Positions 37,366-46,462 of a DNA stretch of 64,000 nucleotides are shown here, in pieces (within the stretch, counting starts at the first letter, position 1; every line of letters starts with the position of its first letter). A model generated the notes under the pieces. It ran no database searches. It worked only from the letters and a program-made list of their open reading frames with translations, and was not told the DNA's origin. A program made the translations under genes and the position numbers. The stretch comes from Opitutia bacterium (GTDB lineage Bacteria > Verrucomicrobiota > Verrucomicrobiia > Opitutales > Seribacteraceae): positions 165,220 through 229,219 of the forward strand of contig PAZC01000020.1 of NCBI GenBank assembly GCA_002716045.1, given 5' to 3'.

Positions 37366-39783
37366 CTAGCTAGACGGGTTCTCTTCCGAGGCATCGGAGG
37401 ATGACTCGCGCGCGCTTGACACAGGGTTGCCGAAACCTATCTCCGGCAAGGTGTAGACCTTCATCTCCGTCTTGAGAAACTGGGCATCCTCGAACTTGAA
37501 AAGCTTGTCTAAAATCACCTCCGGGATGCGGCTTTTGGTGGAACGGTAAAGTTCCACACTGTCATTATAACCTGCTCGCATGAGAGCGACCTCGTTTTCC
37601 ATCCGGGTCAAGGAAGTCATCAATTCACGCATGAGTGTCTCCCCCTTTAGTTTCGGATATGCCTCGGCCAATGCGATCAGTCGAGTGGTCAAGGCAATTT
37701 CAACCTGCATGGTGGCTTCGAAGTCACTGGGAGCAAAACTGGTTTTGCCATGCACTGCGTTTCGCAGCTCGGCAATTCCCAGATGCACTTCCTTTTCATG
37801 TTGGAGATAAGCTTGGGCAACGGCTTCGAGATTGGGTATCAAGTCCACTCGCTTCTTCAGAGACACCTCAATGTTGGCCCATGCACGCTTGACCCGATTG
37901 CGAAGGAAAACCAGATCATTGAACATAAGTCCAAAAGTACTGAAAATCAGAAAAAACGGGGCTGTGAAAGAAGAGAAGAGAAAGTCGGTGGCCGCATAAG
38001 AACCAGTGCTGGCGAAAAGGAGCAGCACAAGCATCACTATGCCACTAAAACCGCAACTGACCAGAAACAGCCCCTTGCCGCTTTCCGCCAGCATCGTTTC
38101 CTTTTCCGTGAAGCCGGATATGAGAAAAGGAAAGTCATCGTTGCGACCCTCCGAAAGTTGAAGACTGACCCCTTCCACGGGTTCGACTTCGGCTGACCCC
38201 AGAATATAAAGGTCTTGCTCGGCCAACAAACTCCACTCCTGATAAGTTCGTCGACCGGAGCGGCGCGATTTAACCAGAGGCGCGGAGATTTCGGCTCCCT
38301 TGGGATCAACCAAGGTCGATCCTTCCCTGTCCTTGCAAAAGAAAGGAACCGCGTCTTTCCGATCCTCGATGGTGACAGTCCTCCGATTCTTGCCCGATCC
38401 CCGGGTCTCCGTCACCTTGTAGCGAAAATAGGCGCATTTCTTCTTTGACAGAGGCCCTGTCAGGACTCTGTCCTCAATCAACTCCATTTGCCCCTGAATC
38501 TCAGCTGGACCGTAGGCCAAGCCGGAAGAAAGGGAGGTCGGCACGTTCTCGATGTAGCGCTTGATCTTGATTCGCTTAAACCCATAAACACTGCCCACGC
38601 CACCCACAATCAAGGCCACGGCGCCGCCAATCCAGCCAAGCCAAGCTGAAATAGGACTCGGGATAATCTCTGCTTCAGCGGACCGTTGTTCTCCCGGGGC
38701 CAAAATCGATGGCTTGGGGTCAATGCCCCACATTGGAGCAAGCCAACTCTCGGGAAACCTCTCCCGAATGGCATTGCTTCGCTCAATGGAGGCAGAGAGG
38801 TCATTGCGTATACCGAGCGCTCGAGCTGATTTGGCATTTGGCAAACCTGAGACACGCTGCGGTAGCGAAGACCACTCAAACTTCGATTCCAAAACAGACT
38901 GCACTGCCTCGCGGGCAGATTCCTCATGTCGATCCAAGCGCTCGTAACCGTCCTTCAGGTCGGAGTGCATCATGTTCAACCCCATAAAGAACAAAACCAA
39001 CAGATTCAGGGTTGATACAATCGACAAGAAAATCAGTACGCGATGCACCTTCATCAGGAAACAAATGCAAAGGATGCCAAATATGAAACAAAGAGCGCTC
39101 CCAAGAGTCATCAGGATTCCATTGGTGCCTTGGGCTTTGCGAGCTTGGAGAGCCGTGTATTCAGATAGAATTGGCACATAGGATCCAGATTTCGTGAAAG
39201 TGAGCATCAGGCCTTCGGAAACAGCTGCTGATTTGGATCCCGATGCCGGACTATTCTTTTGACGCGGAGCAGGTCTCTTCTGAGCCAAGGCGAAGGCAAA
39301 GACGTTTTGACCTTCGTCAATTCGCCATTCCGTGTATCGGCGATCGCCCCGATAATTTTTATAATCCTGCTGCAAGTCAGGGGAAACTCCTGAAAGAGAA
39401 ACCAAAATGGCTCCCGTATTGTCCTTCAGCAAAAAATGACCCGCGTGTCGAGAACCTTGGTCTATGGTAGCCCAATAAGTGTCACCCTCCGAATCTGTTC
39501 TGCGCTCTTCCTCCAACCAATAAACAAAAAAACACTCTCTACCGGAGTACTTCCCTTTAATGGTTCTGCCTGCGCTGGCGGCCTGACCCTGCATACTAAC
39601 CTCACCCGGAATAACAGCAATGACATCAACGTGGGGGATGCGTTCCATTTTCCTCATGTCCTGTATTTTATCGAATCCGCTGGATTGAAGAAAAAAGCCG
39701 CCAAAAAGCAAAGTCAGCCCAAGCGGAAGCAAACAAAATTTCAGGCAACCACTTCCACACCCACTGTTGCAACCAAGCTTCAT
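37366..39783 (-). CDS. Polytopic membrane protein: two GIDE-like modules fused to a C-terminal LemA domain
   Basis: 805 aa with hydrophobic segments at about aa 14-33, 222-270, 377-401 and 571-625. Two similar soluble modules carry the GIDE-like signature (G-x-V/I-x-x-Q-G-Q...K-x-S/K-x-x-x-C-x-F/Y-x-x-Y/W). The LemA signature is at aa 620-775 (FNDLVFLRNRVKRAWANIEVSLKKRVDLIPNLEAV...AGYNDSVELYRS; nt 37459-37926). Confidence 0.75.
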   Translation of the reverse strand: MKLGCNSGCGSGCLKFCLLPLGLTLLFGGFFLQSSGFDKIQDMRKMERIPHVDVIAVIPGEVSMQGQAASAGRTIKGKYSGRECFFVYWLEEERRTDSEGDTYWATIDQGSRHAGHFLLKDNTGAILVSLSGVSPDLQQDYKNYRGDRRYTEWRIDEGQNVFAFALAQKRPAPRQKNSPASGSKSAAVSEGLMLTFTKSGSYVPILSEYTALQARKAQGTNGILMTLGSALCFIFGILCICFLMKVHRVLIFLSIVSTLNLLVLFFMGLNMMHSDLKDGYERLDRHEESAREAVQSVLESKFEWSSLPQRVSGLPNAKSARALGIRNDLSASIERSNAIRERFPESWLAPMWGIDPKPSILAPGEQRSAEAEIIPSPISAWLGWIGGAVALIVGGVGSVYGFKRIKIKRYIENVPTSLSSGLAYGPAEIQGQMELIEDRVLTGPLSKKKCAYFRYKVTETRGSGKNRRTVTIEDRKDAVPFFCKDREGSTLVDPKGAEISAPLVKSRRSGRRTYQEWSLLAEQDLYILGSAEVEPVEGVSLQLSEGRNDDFPFLISGFTEKETMLAESGKGLFLVSCGFSGIVMLVLLLFASTGSYAATDFLFSSFTAPFFLIFSTFGLMFNDLVFLRNRVKRAWANIEVSLKKRVDLIPNLEAVAQAYLQHEKEVHLGIAELRNAVHGKTSFAPSDFEATMQVEIALTTRLIALAEAYPKLKGETLMRELMTSLTRMENEVALMRAGYNDSVELYRSTKSRIPEVILDKLFKFEDAQFLKTEMKVYTLPEIGFGNPVSSARESSSDASEENPSS

Positions 39784-39829
39784 TTCGAGTTAATCGAGGC
39801 GATAAGGACAGGCCGAGTCAAGGATCCGC

Positions 39830-39863
39830 AAAAAAAAGCGTGCAACTTGCCCGAGTTGCACGC
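39830..39863 (-). terminator. Rho-independent terminator after the MscS gene
   Basis: Perfect 10-bp stem (gcgtgcaact / agttgcacgc) with a 6-nt loop. On the minus strand it is followed by TTTTTTTT (39830-39837). It separates the MscS gene from the GIDE-LemA gene. Confidence 0.8.
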
Positions 39864-39995
39864 TGACTTGAAAGGGTGAGTCTTTTGTTTGGAATAACTC
39901 ACCGAAAGTTTTTCTAAGACCATGATCTAATAGGATGAATCATCCACTTTAGGACAAATAAGATGAGAAACTTTTCTGCTGTGGCTTGATTTCGT

Positions 39996-41057
39996 TCATT
40001 TCTCGGTTGGAAAGTGTCCATCAGGAAAGCGTATCGTCATGGGCGTGGGCAATTCGACGCCATGCTCTTTTTGCAAATCAAAAGCAGCCTCGCGAATGGC
40101 ATCTTGTGTTTGAATTAAACGGCGAGGAGACACCAGGGTATAGAGAAGTCGCCATCTCACCCCATGGTCATCGCATTCCTTGAGTCCTACGACAAAACCA
40201 CCTTCTTGGTCCACCAAACCTTTCTCCAAGGCCTGTTCCCAAACTGCCTTCAGGTATTCATTGACGGCAGCGCTGGTGACATCGTAACCGATAATGAAAT
40301 CAACGTGGTTTCGAATTCCTCTGGCAAGGTCGGTTTTAAGGACATCCACCCGACTGTTCTGCAATTTGAAATTTGGAAGGATGATGTCGTGTCCGTCCAC
40401 AAGGTCTCGAATCACGGTTTGCAAAGGACGAATCTGGAGCACCACTCCCTCGATGGCCTCGTCCCTGATACGTATCACGTCGCCGCGCTCAAGCCTCCCT
40501 TGGCTAATCAAGATAATGCCACTTAGAAAATCGCCGGCCCAGTACTCCTTGCTGGCAAAGAGAAAAAGGGCGATGAAGCCTATTACACTGGTCGTTTGCA
40601 ACCAATCCTCAAAACCCCAAATATTGATGAGGAGGACGGCAGCCACACAGAAAATAATGGCGCAACAAACCAGCTCCAAGGTACGGGAAGTATGAGTCTC
40701 GGTGGTGCGGGAAAAGTCATCGATGGTGCGGGTCTTGCCATATTTGCGGAGAATAAAGGCTTCCACGAAATGAATGAGCAAGAAACTGCATAAAATAACC
40801 AAAAAGGTCTGGCTAAAGGAAGCCGCCAGATGTTGCTCAAAAATAACCGCGATCAAATAGGTGGCAAAAAGCAGGAAGTTGCCCACGTTTAAGATTCGCA
40901 GGCGAACCAGACTCTGCTCTTCGTCCTTGATTTTTCCGTAACGCGTGGCGAATCGCTTGGAAAAAAGAAGAATGAGCAGGTTGATTCCCAAGGTAAAGTG
41001 GTCGATAGGATCGAGAACACTCAACCGATTGATTGCTTCTTGGTAAAATTCCTCCAT
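39996..41057 (-). CDS. Mechanosensitive ion channel (MscS family)
   Basis: 353 aa with N-terminal TM helices and the MscS beta-domain motif GDVIRIRDEAIEGVVLQIRPLQTVIRD. Confidence 0.85.
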   Translation of the reverse strand: MEEFYQEAINRLSVLDPIDHFTLGINLLILLFSKRFATRYGKIKDEEQSLVRLRILNVGNFLLFATYLIAVIFEQHLAASFSQTFLVILCSFLLIHFVEAFILRKYGKTRTIDDFSRTTETHTSRTLELVCCAIIFCVAAVLLINIWGFEDWLQTTSVIGFIALFLFASKEYWAGDFLSGIILISQGRLERGDVIRIRDEAIEGVVLQIRPLQTVIRDLVDGHDIILPNFKLQNSRVDVLKTDLARGIRNHVDFIIGYDVTSAAVNEYLKAVWEQALEKGLVDQEGGFVVGLKECDDHGVRWRLLYTLVSPRRLIQTQDAIREAAFDLQKEHGVELPTPMTIRFPDGHFPTEK

Positions 41058-41205
41058 GAATAAAGGTATTGTTACCTATGAAAGGGAATGGGTCACTTCT
41101 TTTTCTTTGGTTAGCACGTATTCTTCAAAGTGCATAGACCTCCGGAAATGTTTATTTCGACAACCTGTGTTTTGCGGCCAAGAAACCGGCCTCAACAACC
41201 AAGCT

Positions 41206-44200
41206 CTAGCGAAGTGTGGAGAGAAAGGCGAGCAGGTCACGTATTTCGCGTTTCGACAAAATGCCGCCGGCAGGTGGCATGGGAGAGGTCAGGATTTGCG
41301 AAGCGACAAGATTGCGTTGGAGGGTGAATTGCTTTCCATCTGGCGACTGCAAGGCATAGGTCTCGGCAGTCGCTTCCGTTATAGACCCGGTGACCGTTGA
41401 CCCGTCTTTCAAGGTAGCCACGAGAAGGCCGTATCCCTCGGCCAACTCGGCTTGGGGGTTCACTAAGGACTCAAGTAATTTCTCGGGATTCAAACGAGCA
41501 GACACCTTCGAGAGATCGGGCCCCAAGACACCACCTGACGAGCCCACCTTGTGACAGCGAATGCACTGGGCGGCCGGATGACCAAAAGCGACCTTTCTGC
41601 CAGCCTCCGCATCCCCTCCGCTCAAGGTCGGCAAAAAAGAGCCCCAGGCACCTTTGGCAGCAAGCTCGTCTTGCCTTGCCTTGGCTTTGACTCTAGAAAT
41701 CTTCCCTCTTGCCTCGCCCGCTGCCTCAAGGAGGTCCAATTCGAGCTGAGGATCAAGTTTGGCGAACTGGGCTGCAAGCAAAGCATCCGCCTGAGAATCA
41801 TCGGATTGAGCGAGGTTATGGAGGGCCGACCTTTTTTCCTGCAGGCCCCCGGACTCGAGTGCCTTGGCAAAGACCTCGATCCCGGAAAGACCTGCCGCCC
41901 AAGCTCTTTTTTGGGCAGCGGCCCGCAACCGGGCATCCTTTGATTCCAAGGCAACCTCCACATATTCGCCCAAGGCAGGGTCGCTCAACTCTGCCATTGT
42001 CCCGAGAAGCTGAGCCTGCAGGAAGGCAGTTGCCTTGTCCGAGTCGTAGGCAGCGCGAACAACAGGGAGTAGATCGGTTACCTTGAGTCGCTCTATGGCA
42101 CGGGCCAAGACAGTCAACACCTTGGCCGATGCGCTGCCGACCAACTCATCCGCAACCTTGGACAATGCCTTGGCAGCTGGTTTCGGATCGCGGGGCGGAT
42201 ATTTTCGATAGCGCCCTTCCACGGCATCGAGGACGGGAGGTTGAGGCCAGAGGGCTAGACAGGCCAAGGCGGTGGTACGCATATTCTCGGGAGCATTCGC
42301 TTTGGCAGCATAGCGAGCTAGCCTTGCTGCATCTTCGGGACGACCAACACGGAAATTGGCATTGATGGCCCGACGTAGAAGCGGCTCCCCTTTCAAGTCA
42401 GAGCGATCCAAAACCTCGGCCAAGGCGGGAAGGGCATCGGGAATAGAGAAATCATCGTGAATCGCTCGGGCCACTTCCGTAACGAGATAAAGATCCTCAT
42501 CCTGAAGAAAAGAGGTGATTTCCGGATGAGCGTGCCGGCGAAGAGCAAGAATGGCAGCAAGGCGGATGGAGGTATCACTGGATTTCGATGCATCGACAAG
42601 AGGTTGCGAATTCGCAGTGGTTGCGCCCACTAGTCCCATGACCGCAGCATGGCGAAGAAAAGCATCCTTGTCGTCGTTTTGAGCCAGCAGGGCGAAAAGC
42701 GGCTTCACAGCTTGCGGAACTTGTAGTTTACCAAGTGCAAGAGCAGCATGAAAACGAACACGGATAGAGTTATCGGCAAGTAATTCGATAAGGGCATTGG
42801 CGGCAGGCAAATGCTTGGACTCGCCCAATACCTTTGCCACCTGGGCCCGCACTTCCTCATCCTTATCCGAGAGAAATTCAAAGAGCAAATTGACCGCATC
42901 AGGATTAGCTTTGGCATGAGGAGGCCACCCGCGGACCACCTGACCTAAACCCCATAAGCCATGCAGGCGGGCGAGGCGATGTTCTGTTTGCACGCTTGCT
43001 GCAAGCAATGCCTCCTGCCCTTTTCCACCTCGACGAACCAACTCAAACTGAGCGGCCTTGCGGATTCGAAGATCATTTTCGCGAAGCAGCGTTGCGAGCT
43101 CTTCAACGGAACGCTTTTTCATGCCCTCAGCCAAGATTCGACGAACCCTTTTGCGCACCGGGGAGTCGGCGGTACGCGGATCATCTATTTTCCAGACCCT
43201 ACCTCGTTCGCTCGGCCCGTTCATCCAGTCCGTGACGTAAAGGGCGCCGTCAGGACCAATGGTGAGACCGGTATTGCTGCTACAGCCGGGAACCCTCTGC
43301 TCATCGAACATCTCGAAGGCAGCGCCTTTGGGGCGCACCTTGAACGCCGTGATGCTTCTACCTTGGGCAAGGAAAAAGGATTTGCGGAATTTCTCATTGA
43401 GAGCAGTTCCCGGATCATATACGAACCCACAGGGTCCGTTGGAATAACTCGCAAGAGGCGGCACAATGAAGGCCGCCTGTCCGGGGAAGCGCGGACGAAA
43501 GAGCCCCTCCTCCATCCAAACGTTGTAGGGTTTCTCACCGGACACTTTGGCGAAGTCCTGATAGCCGTACCATTGCCAGTGCAGGCGCCATGCGGTCATT
43601 CCTCCTTCCACAATGTAAATGAAACGCTCGCGCTCGCCTCGATAGTCGCCGTCATTATCCACGCTGAAAAGGTTCCCGAACTCGTCGAATACAGGCTCTT
43701 GTCCGTTGCGTACTCCCAAGGCGAATACCTCCAGACGCGAACCGTCGGGTTCGCATCGCATGATGGCCCCACGGTCAGGGTAAAAGAAGCGCTCGCCGTC
43801 CTTTCCCGTGGCGTTGATGCCCTTGTCGGCGACAGACCAATAGATGCGTCCGTCAGGGCCCATGGTCAGGCCGGACACGTTGTGACCTCCCTGCCCTATG
43901 TGGATGGAGTATCCCCGACTGATGAGCGTTCGCTTGTCGGGAATTCCATCGCCGTTGGAATCGTCGTATTTCCAGATATCGGGCTCAACGGCCGCATAAG
44001 CCGCTCCCTCCGCCCACAAAACACCGGCAGCAATGCCCATCACTGGGGAAGAAAGGTCTTGATCTATCGGCGTCATCTTATCCGCCTTGCCATCTCCATC
44101 CGTATCCTCGATGCGCAAAATCTCTTCCTTTTGCACCCCCAGGTCCCGCCAGTCACGCTTACCGTCGGCATTGCGGTCGGGAGGAGAATAAGGGCGGATG

Positions 44201-44922
44201 TCTGGAAAGGTGTTGGGCCCCATGGCCTTTTGATAAAAAGCGAGCTTGTCTTCCAGACTCCGGATGGAGAGGTCGTGCTTTACCCAAGCACGGTGGTTGC
44301 GAAGATCCAGACTAGAAATCTTTCGGCGCCGGACACGGGTGACGTAGGCCCTCCCCTGCTCGTCGAAACTGATCGCCACCGGACTTGCCACCAGCGGGTT
44401 CTCCGCCCAAACCGAAACCTCCAAGCCACTGGGATCCTTATGAACGGGAGGCGCAGCCTTGACCAATTTTTTGGAAAGCGAAAGCCCTTGGATTCGAAAA
44501 GTATGCAGGTTCACCCATTTATTCTCGTTGTTGCCTTGTGAAACAATGCGCAGAAAACGTCCTGCTGCCGCGGGAGCCGGGAATTTCTTGATTCCATCGC
44601 CTTGGCCATGACTTTTGCCTGAGAAGACCTGGTGCCATTTCTTTCCGTCGGCCGAAGTCTCCAAGGAGAACTCGTACCGCCGGTTGCCCCGGGAAAAGCC
44701 TGCCTCGAACTCAGCAAAGGAAAGCGGGCCATCCAATTCCAACTGCAACCATTGCCCCTTGCCCTCGGATGACCACCGGGTGCCTGGATTGGTGTCAATG
44801 GCATGTACAGGGTCATTTCCCTGCTGGGCGCCCGAAGCGCTGATCTTGGTAATCTCGACTGCGGAAAGAGACGCAGAAAAAAACCAGGCAAACAGAAGAG
44901 GAAGAAGGTAAAGTGTTTTCAT
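41206..44922 (-). CDS. PVC-type giant periplasmic protein: discoidin (F5/8 type C) + SGDH-like beta-propeller + HEAT repeats + C-terminal CxxCH heme-binding domain
   Basis: Signal peptide. Discoidin-like segment (AIDTNPGTRWSSEGKGQWLQLEL...). Propeller repeats with DGDG-type loops. A long HEAT-like helical region (...IRVRFHAALALGKL...). CIRCH at 41551-41565. Its start overlaps the stop of the upstream sulfatase (ATGA). Confidence 0.85.
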   Translation of the reverse strand: MKTLYLLPLLFAWFFSASLSAVEITKISASGAQQGNDPVHAIDTNPGTRWSSEGKGQWLQLELDGPLSFAEFEAGFSRGNRRYEFSLETSADGKKWHQVFSGKSHGQGDGIKKFPAPAAAGRFLRIVSQGNNENKWVNLHTFRIQGLSLSKKLVKAAPPVHKDPSGLEVSVWAENPLVASPVAISFDEQGRAYVTRVRRRKISSLDLRNHRAWVKHDLSIRSLEDKLAFYQKAMGPNTFPDIRPYSPPDRNADGKRDWRDLGVQKEEILRIEDTDGDGKADKMTPIDQDLSSPVMGIAAGVLWAEGAAYAAVEPDIWKYDDSNGDGIPDKRTLISRGYSIHIGQGGHNVSGLTMGPDGRIYWSVADKGINATGKDGERFFYPDRGAIMRCEPDGSRLEVFALGVRNGQEPVFDEFGNLFSVDNDGDYRGERERFIYIVEGGMTAWRLHWQWYGYQDFAKVSGEKPYNVWMEEGLFRPRFPGQAAFIVPPLASYSNGPCGFVYDPGTALNEKFRKSFFLAQGRSITAFKVRPKGAAFEMFDEQRVPGCSSNTGLTIGPDGALYVTDWMNGPSERGRVWKIDDPRTADSPVRKRVRRILAEGMKKRSVEELATLLRENDLRIRKAAQFELVRRGGKGQEALLAASVQTEHRLARLHGLWGLGQVVRGWPPHAKANPDAVNLLFEFLSDKDEEVRAQVAKVLGESKHLPAANALIELLADNSIRVRFHAALALGKLQVPQAVKPLFALLAQNDDKDAFLRHAAVMGLVGATTANSQPLVDASKSSDTSIRLAAILALRRHAHPEITSFLQDEDLYLVTEVARAIHDDFSIPDALPALAEVLDRSDLKGEPLLRRAINANFRVGRPEDAARLARYAAKANAPENMRTTALACLALWPQPPVLDAVEGRYRKYPPRDPKPAAKALSKVADELVGSASAKVLTVLARAIERLKVTDLLPVVRAAYDSDKATAFLQAQLLGTMAELSDPALGEYVEVALESKDARLRAAAQKRAWAAGLSGIEVFAKALESGGLQEKRSALHNLAQSDDSQADALLAAQFAKLDPQLELDLLEAAGEARGKISRVKAKARQDELAAKGAWGSFLPTLSGGDAEAGRKVAFGHPAAQCIRCHKVGSSGGVLGPDLSKVSARLNPEKLLESLVNPQAELAEGYGLLVATLKDGSTVTGSITEATAETYALQSPDGKQFTLQRNLVASQILTSPMPPAGGILSKREIRDLLAFLSTLR

Positions 44923-46292
44923 TTCTTGGGCAACGGCTTGGGTGGTCTCGGCATGGGAGCATTAGTTTCCTTGAGCCATTCAGAGAGCCCGCGGTTCAAC
45001 CGGGCGGCAATCTTAGGGCGTTGCGCGGCCAGATTGTTTTTTTCACTTAGGTCCTTGGACATGTCATATAACTCGAGGGAGTCATCGTCATAGTTGCGAA
45101 TCAATTTCCAGTTAGCCGAACGAACGGCCCCTCCAAGACGGTTCCCCATATGCCAGGCATAGTTGGGGAAATGGAAGAAAATCTCGTTGCGCTTGAGTTT
45201 TCCGGTTTGTCGCAGAAGCGGTAAGATACTTTCCCCGTCAATTGGTTTATCATCAGGTTTCAAGCCGGCGAGTTCTAGGAAAGTGGGATAGAAGTCCATA
45301 CTGACAACTGGCGCGGAGGAGATGGTGCCAGCCTGCACCTTGCCTGGCCATTTGACAATCAGCGGGACGCGGATGCCACCCTCATAGAGATGTCCCTTGG
45401 ACTCCCGCAAGGGGCGACAATCGGAAACTCCAGCGAATCCGCCGTTGTCACTCGTGAAAATGACCAAGGTATCCTCCGCCAATTTCATTTCGTCCAGTGC
45501 CTGCAACAAGCGCCCGACAGCTAAGTCCATCGCCTCGATCATGGCCCCGTAACGGGTGTCATTCAGCCCAGGGCCTTTGCGGTCAGCGTATTTCTCAAGC
45601 AATGACTCCGGTGCCTGCATGGGCCAATGCACGGTATAGAACCACAGGTGAGTCATCCATGGTTTTCCCTTGTTCGCCTGGATGAACCGTACGGTTTCAT
45701 CAACCAATCGGTCAGGCAAATATTCACCCTTGGGGCCATCGGTCAGTTCGGCGTTTCGGTAAGGGGAAAAAAAGCTTGGCGGACCACCGTAAGAAGTGCC
45801 TCCCACGTTCAAGTCAAAGCCCTGTCCGGTGGGAGAAACATCCTCCGCCACCTTTCCTCCGCGCGCCACACTTGGAGCGATGTGCCACTTGCCCAGAAAA
45901 GCGGTAGCATACCCCGCTTCTTTCATACGCTCGGCAATAGTGACGTGTTCGCCATTCAGCTGCGGTGTGAGCTCGGCCGGTTGCGGACGGCCGTCTTTAG
46001 GGAAAAAGCGGCCGGGCAAGTGGGTAGTCAAACCGATGCGAGCCGGAGCTTGCCCCGTGAGCACGGCGCAACGAGTGGGGGAACAAACGGGGGCCGCTGC
46101 ATAGGCATCGGTAAAACGCATGCCCTGCTTGGCCATCTGATCCAAATGAGGCGTTTCAACCAACTTGTTCCCCTGGCAGGCCAAGTCCATCCAGCCGAGA
46201 TCATCAGCCATGATGAATAGAACATTGGGCTTGGCAGGGCAGCTCCCCATCAGGACAAGCAAGAAGATCGAAGACAAAGTGAAGGGTTTCAT
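44919..46292 (-). CDS. Formylglycine-dependent sulfatase
   Basis: FIMADDLGW metal-binding start and the CSPTRCAVLTG active-site motif. Start trimmed to the ATG at 46292 (MKPFTLSSIFLLVLMGSCPA, signal peptide). Confidence 0.9.
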   Translation of the reverse strand: MKPFTLSSIFLLVLMGSCPAKPNVLFIMADDLGWMDLACQGNKLVETPHLDQMAKQGMRFTDAYAAAPVCSPTRCAVLTGQAPARIGLTTHLPGRFFPKDGRPQPAELTPQLNGEHVTIAERMKEAGYATAFLGKWHIAPSVARGGKVAEDVSPTGQGFDLNVGGTSYGGPPSFFSPYRNAELTDGPKGEYLPDRLVDETVRFIQANKGKPWMTHLWFYTVHWPMQAPESLLEKYADRKGPGLNDTRYGAMIEAMDLAVGRLLQALDEMKLAEDTLVIFTSDNGGFAGVSDCRPLRESKGHLYEGGIRVPLIVKWPGKVQAGTISSAPVVSMDFYPTFLELAGLKPDDKPIDGESILPLLRQTGKLKRNEIFFHFPNYAWHMGNRLGGAVRSANWKLIRNYDDDSLELYDMSKDLSEKNNLAAQRPKIAARLNRGLSEWLKETNAPMPRPPKPLPKK

Positions 46293-46462
46293 GTAGATCG
46301 GACAGATTCGAAAACCAGAAATCTCGAGGATGCAACGGTACAATGCAAACTGCCTTGTCACACAAAAGAAGGAAAGTGATGGTTCTTCCAGCTTGAGCCG
46401 CAGCAAGAAATCTTTCATTAAGACAATCTACTGATCTCCAGATAACCCAATCCAATCCTATT

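Noticed and set aside
41056-41400. 114-aa plus-strand ORF starting in the MscS/heme-protein spacer
   Set aside because: Most of it is antisense to the 3' end of the 1238-aa gene. It has no motif, and the 148-nt spacer is better explained as the promoter region of the MscS gene.
42961-44541. 526-aa ORF on the plus strand, the longest unannotated ORF in the window
   Set aside because: It is entirely antisense to the well-supported 1238-aa PVC heme-protein gene. Its translation is Arg/Gly/Val/His-rich with no motif, signal or domain, as expected for a shadow ORF opposite a real gene with biased codon usage.
46293-46418. N-terminal extensions in the ORF track. Examples: sulfatases at 46293-46418, 48458-48646 and 57788-58057; the PDZ protein at 59265-59456; the redoxin at 22010-22150; deoC at 8193-8237; ALDH at 9067-9159
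   Set aside because: The extensions overlap the upstream gene or intergenic promoter regions and encode non-protein-like sequence. In each case they are followed by an internal ATG that begins a classical signal peptide or a conserved N-terminus. Several of the ORF-track starts are TTG or GTG.
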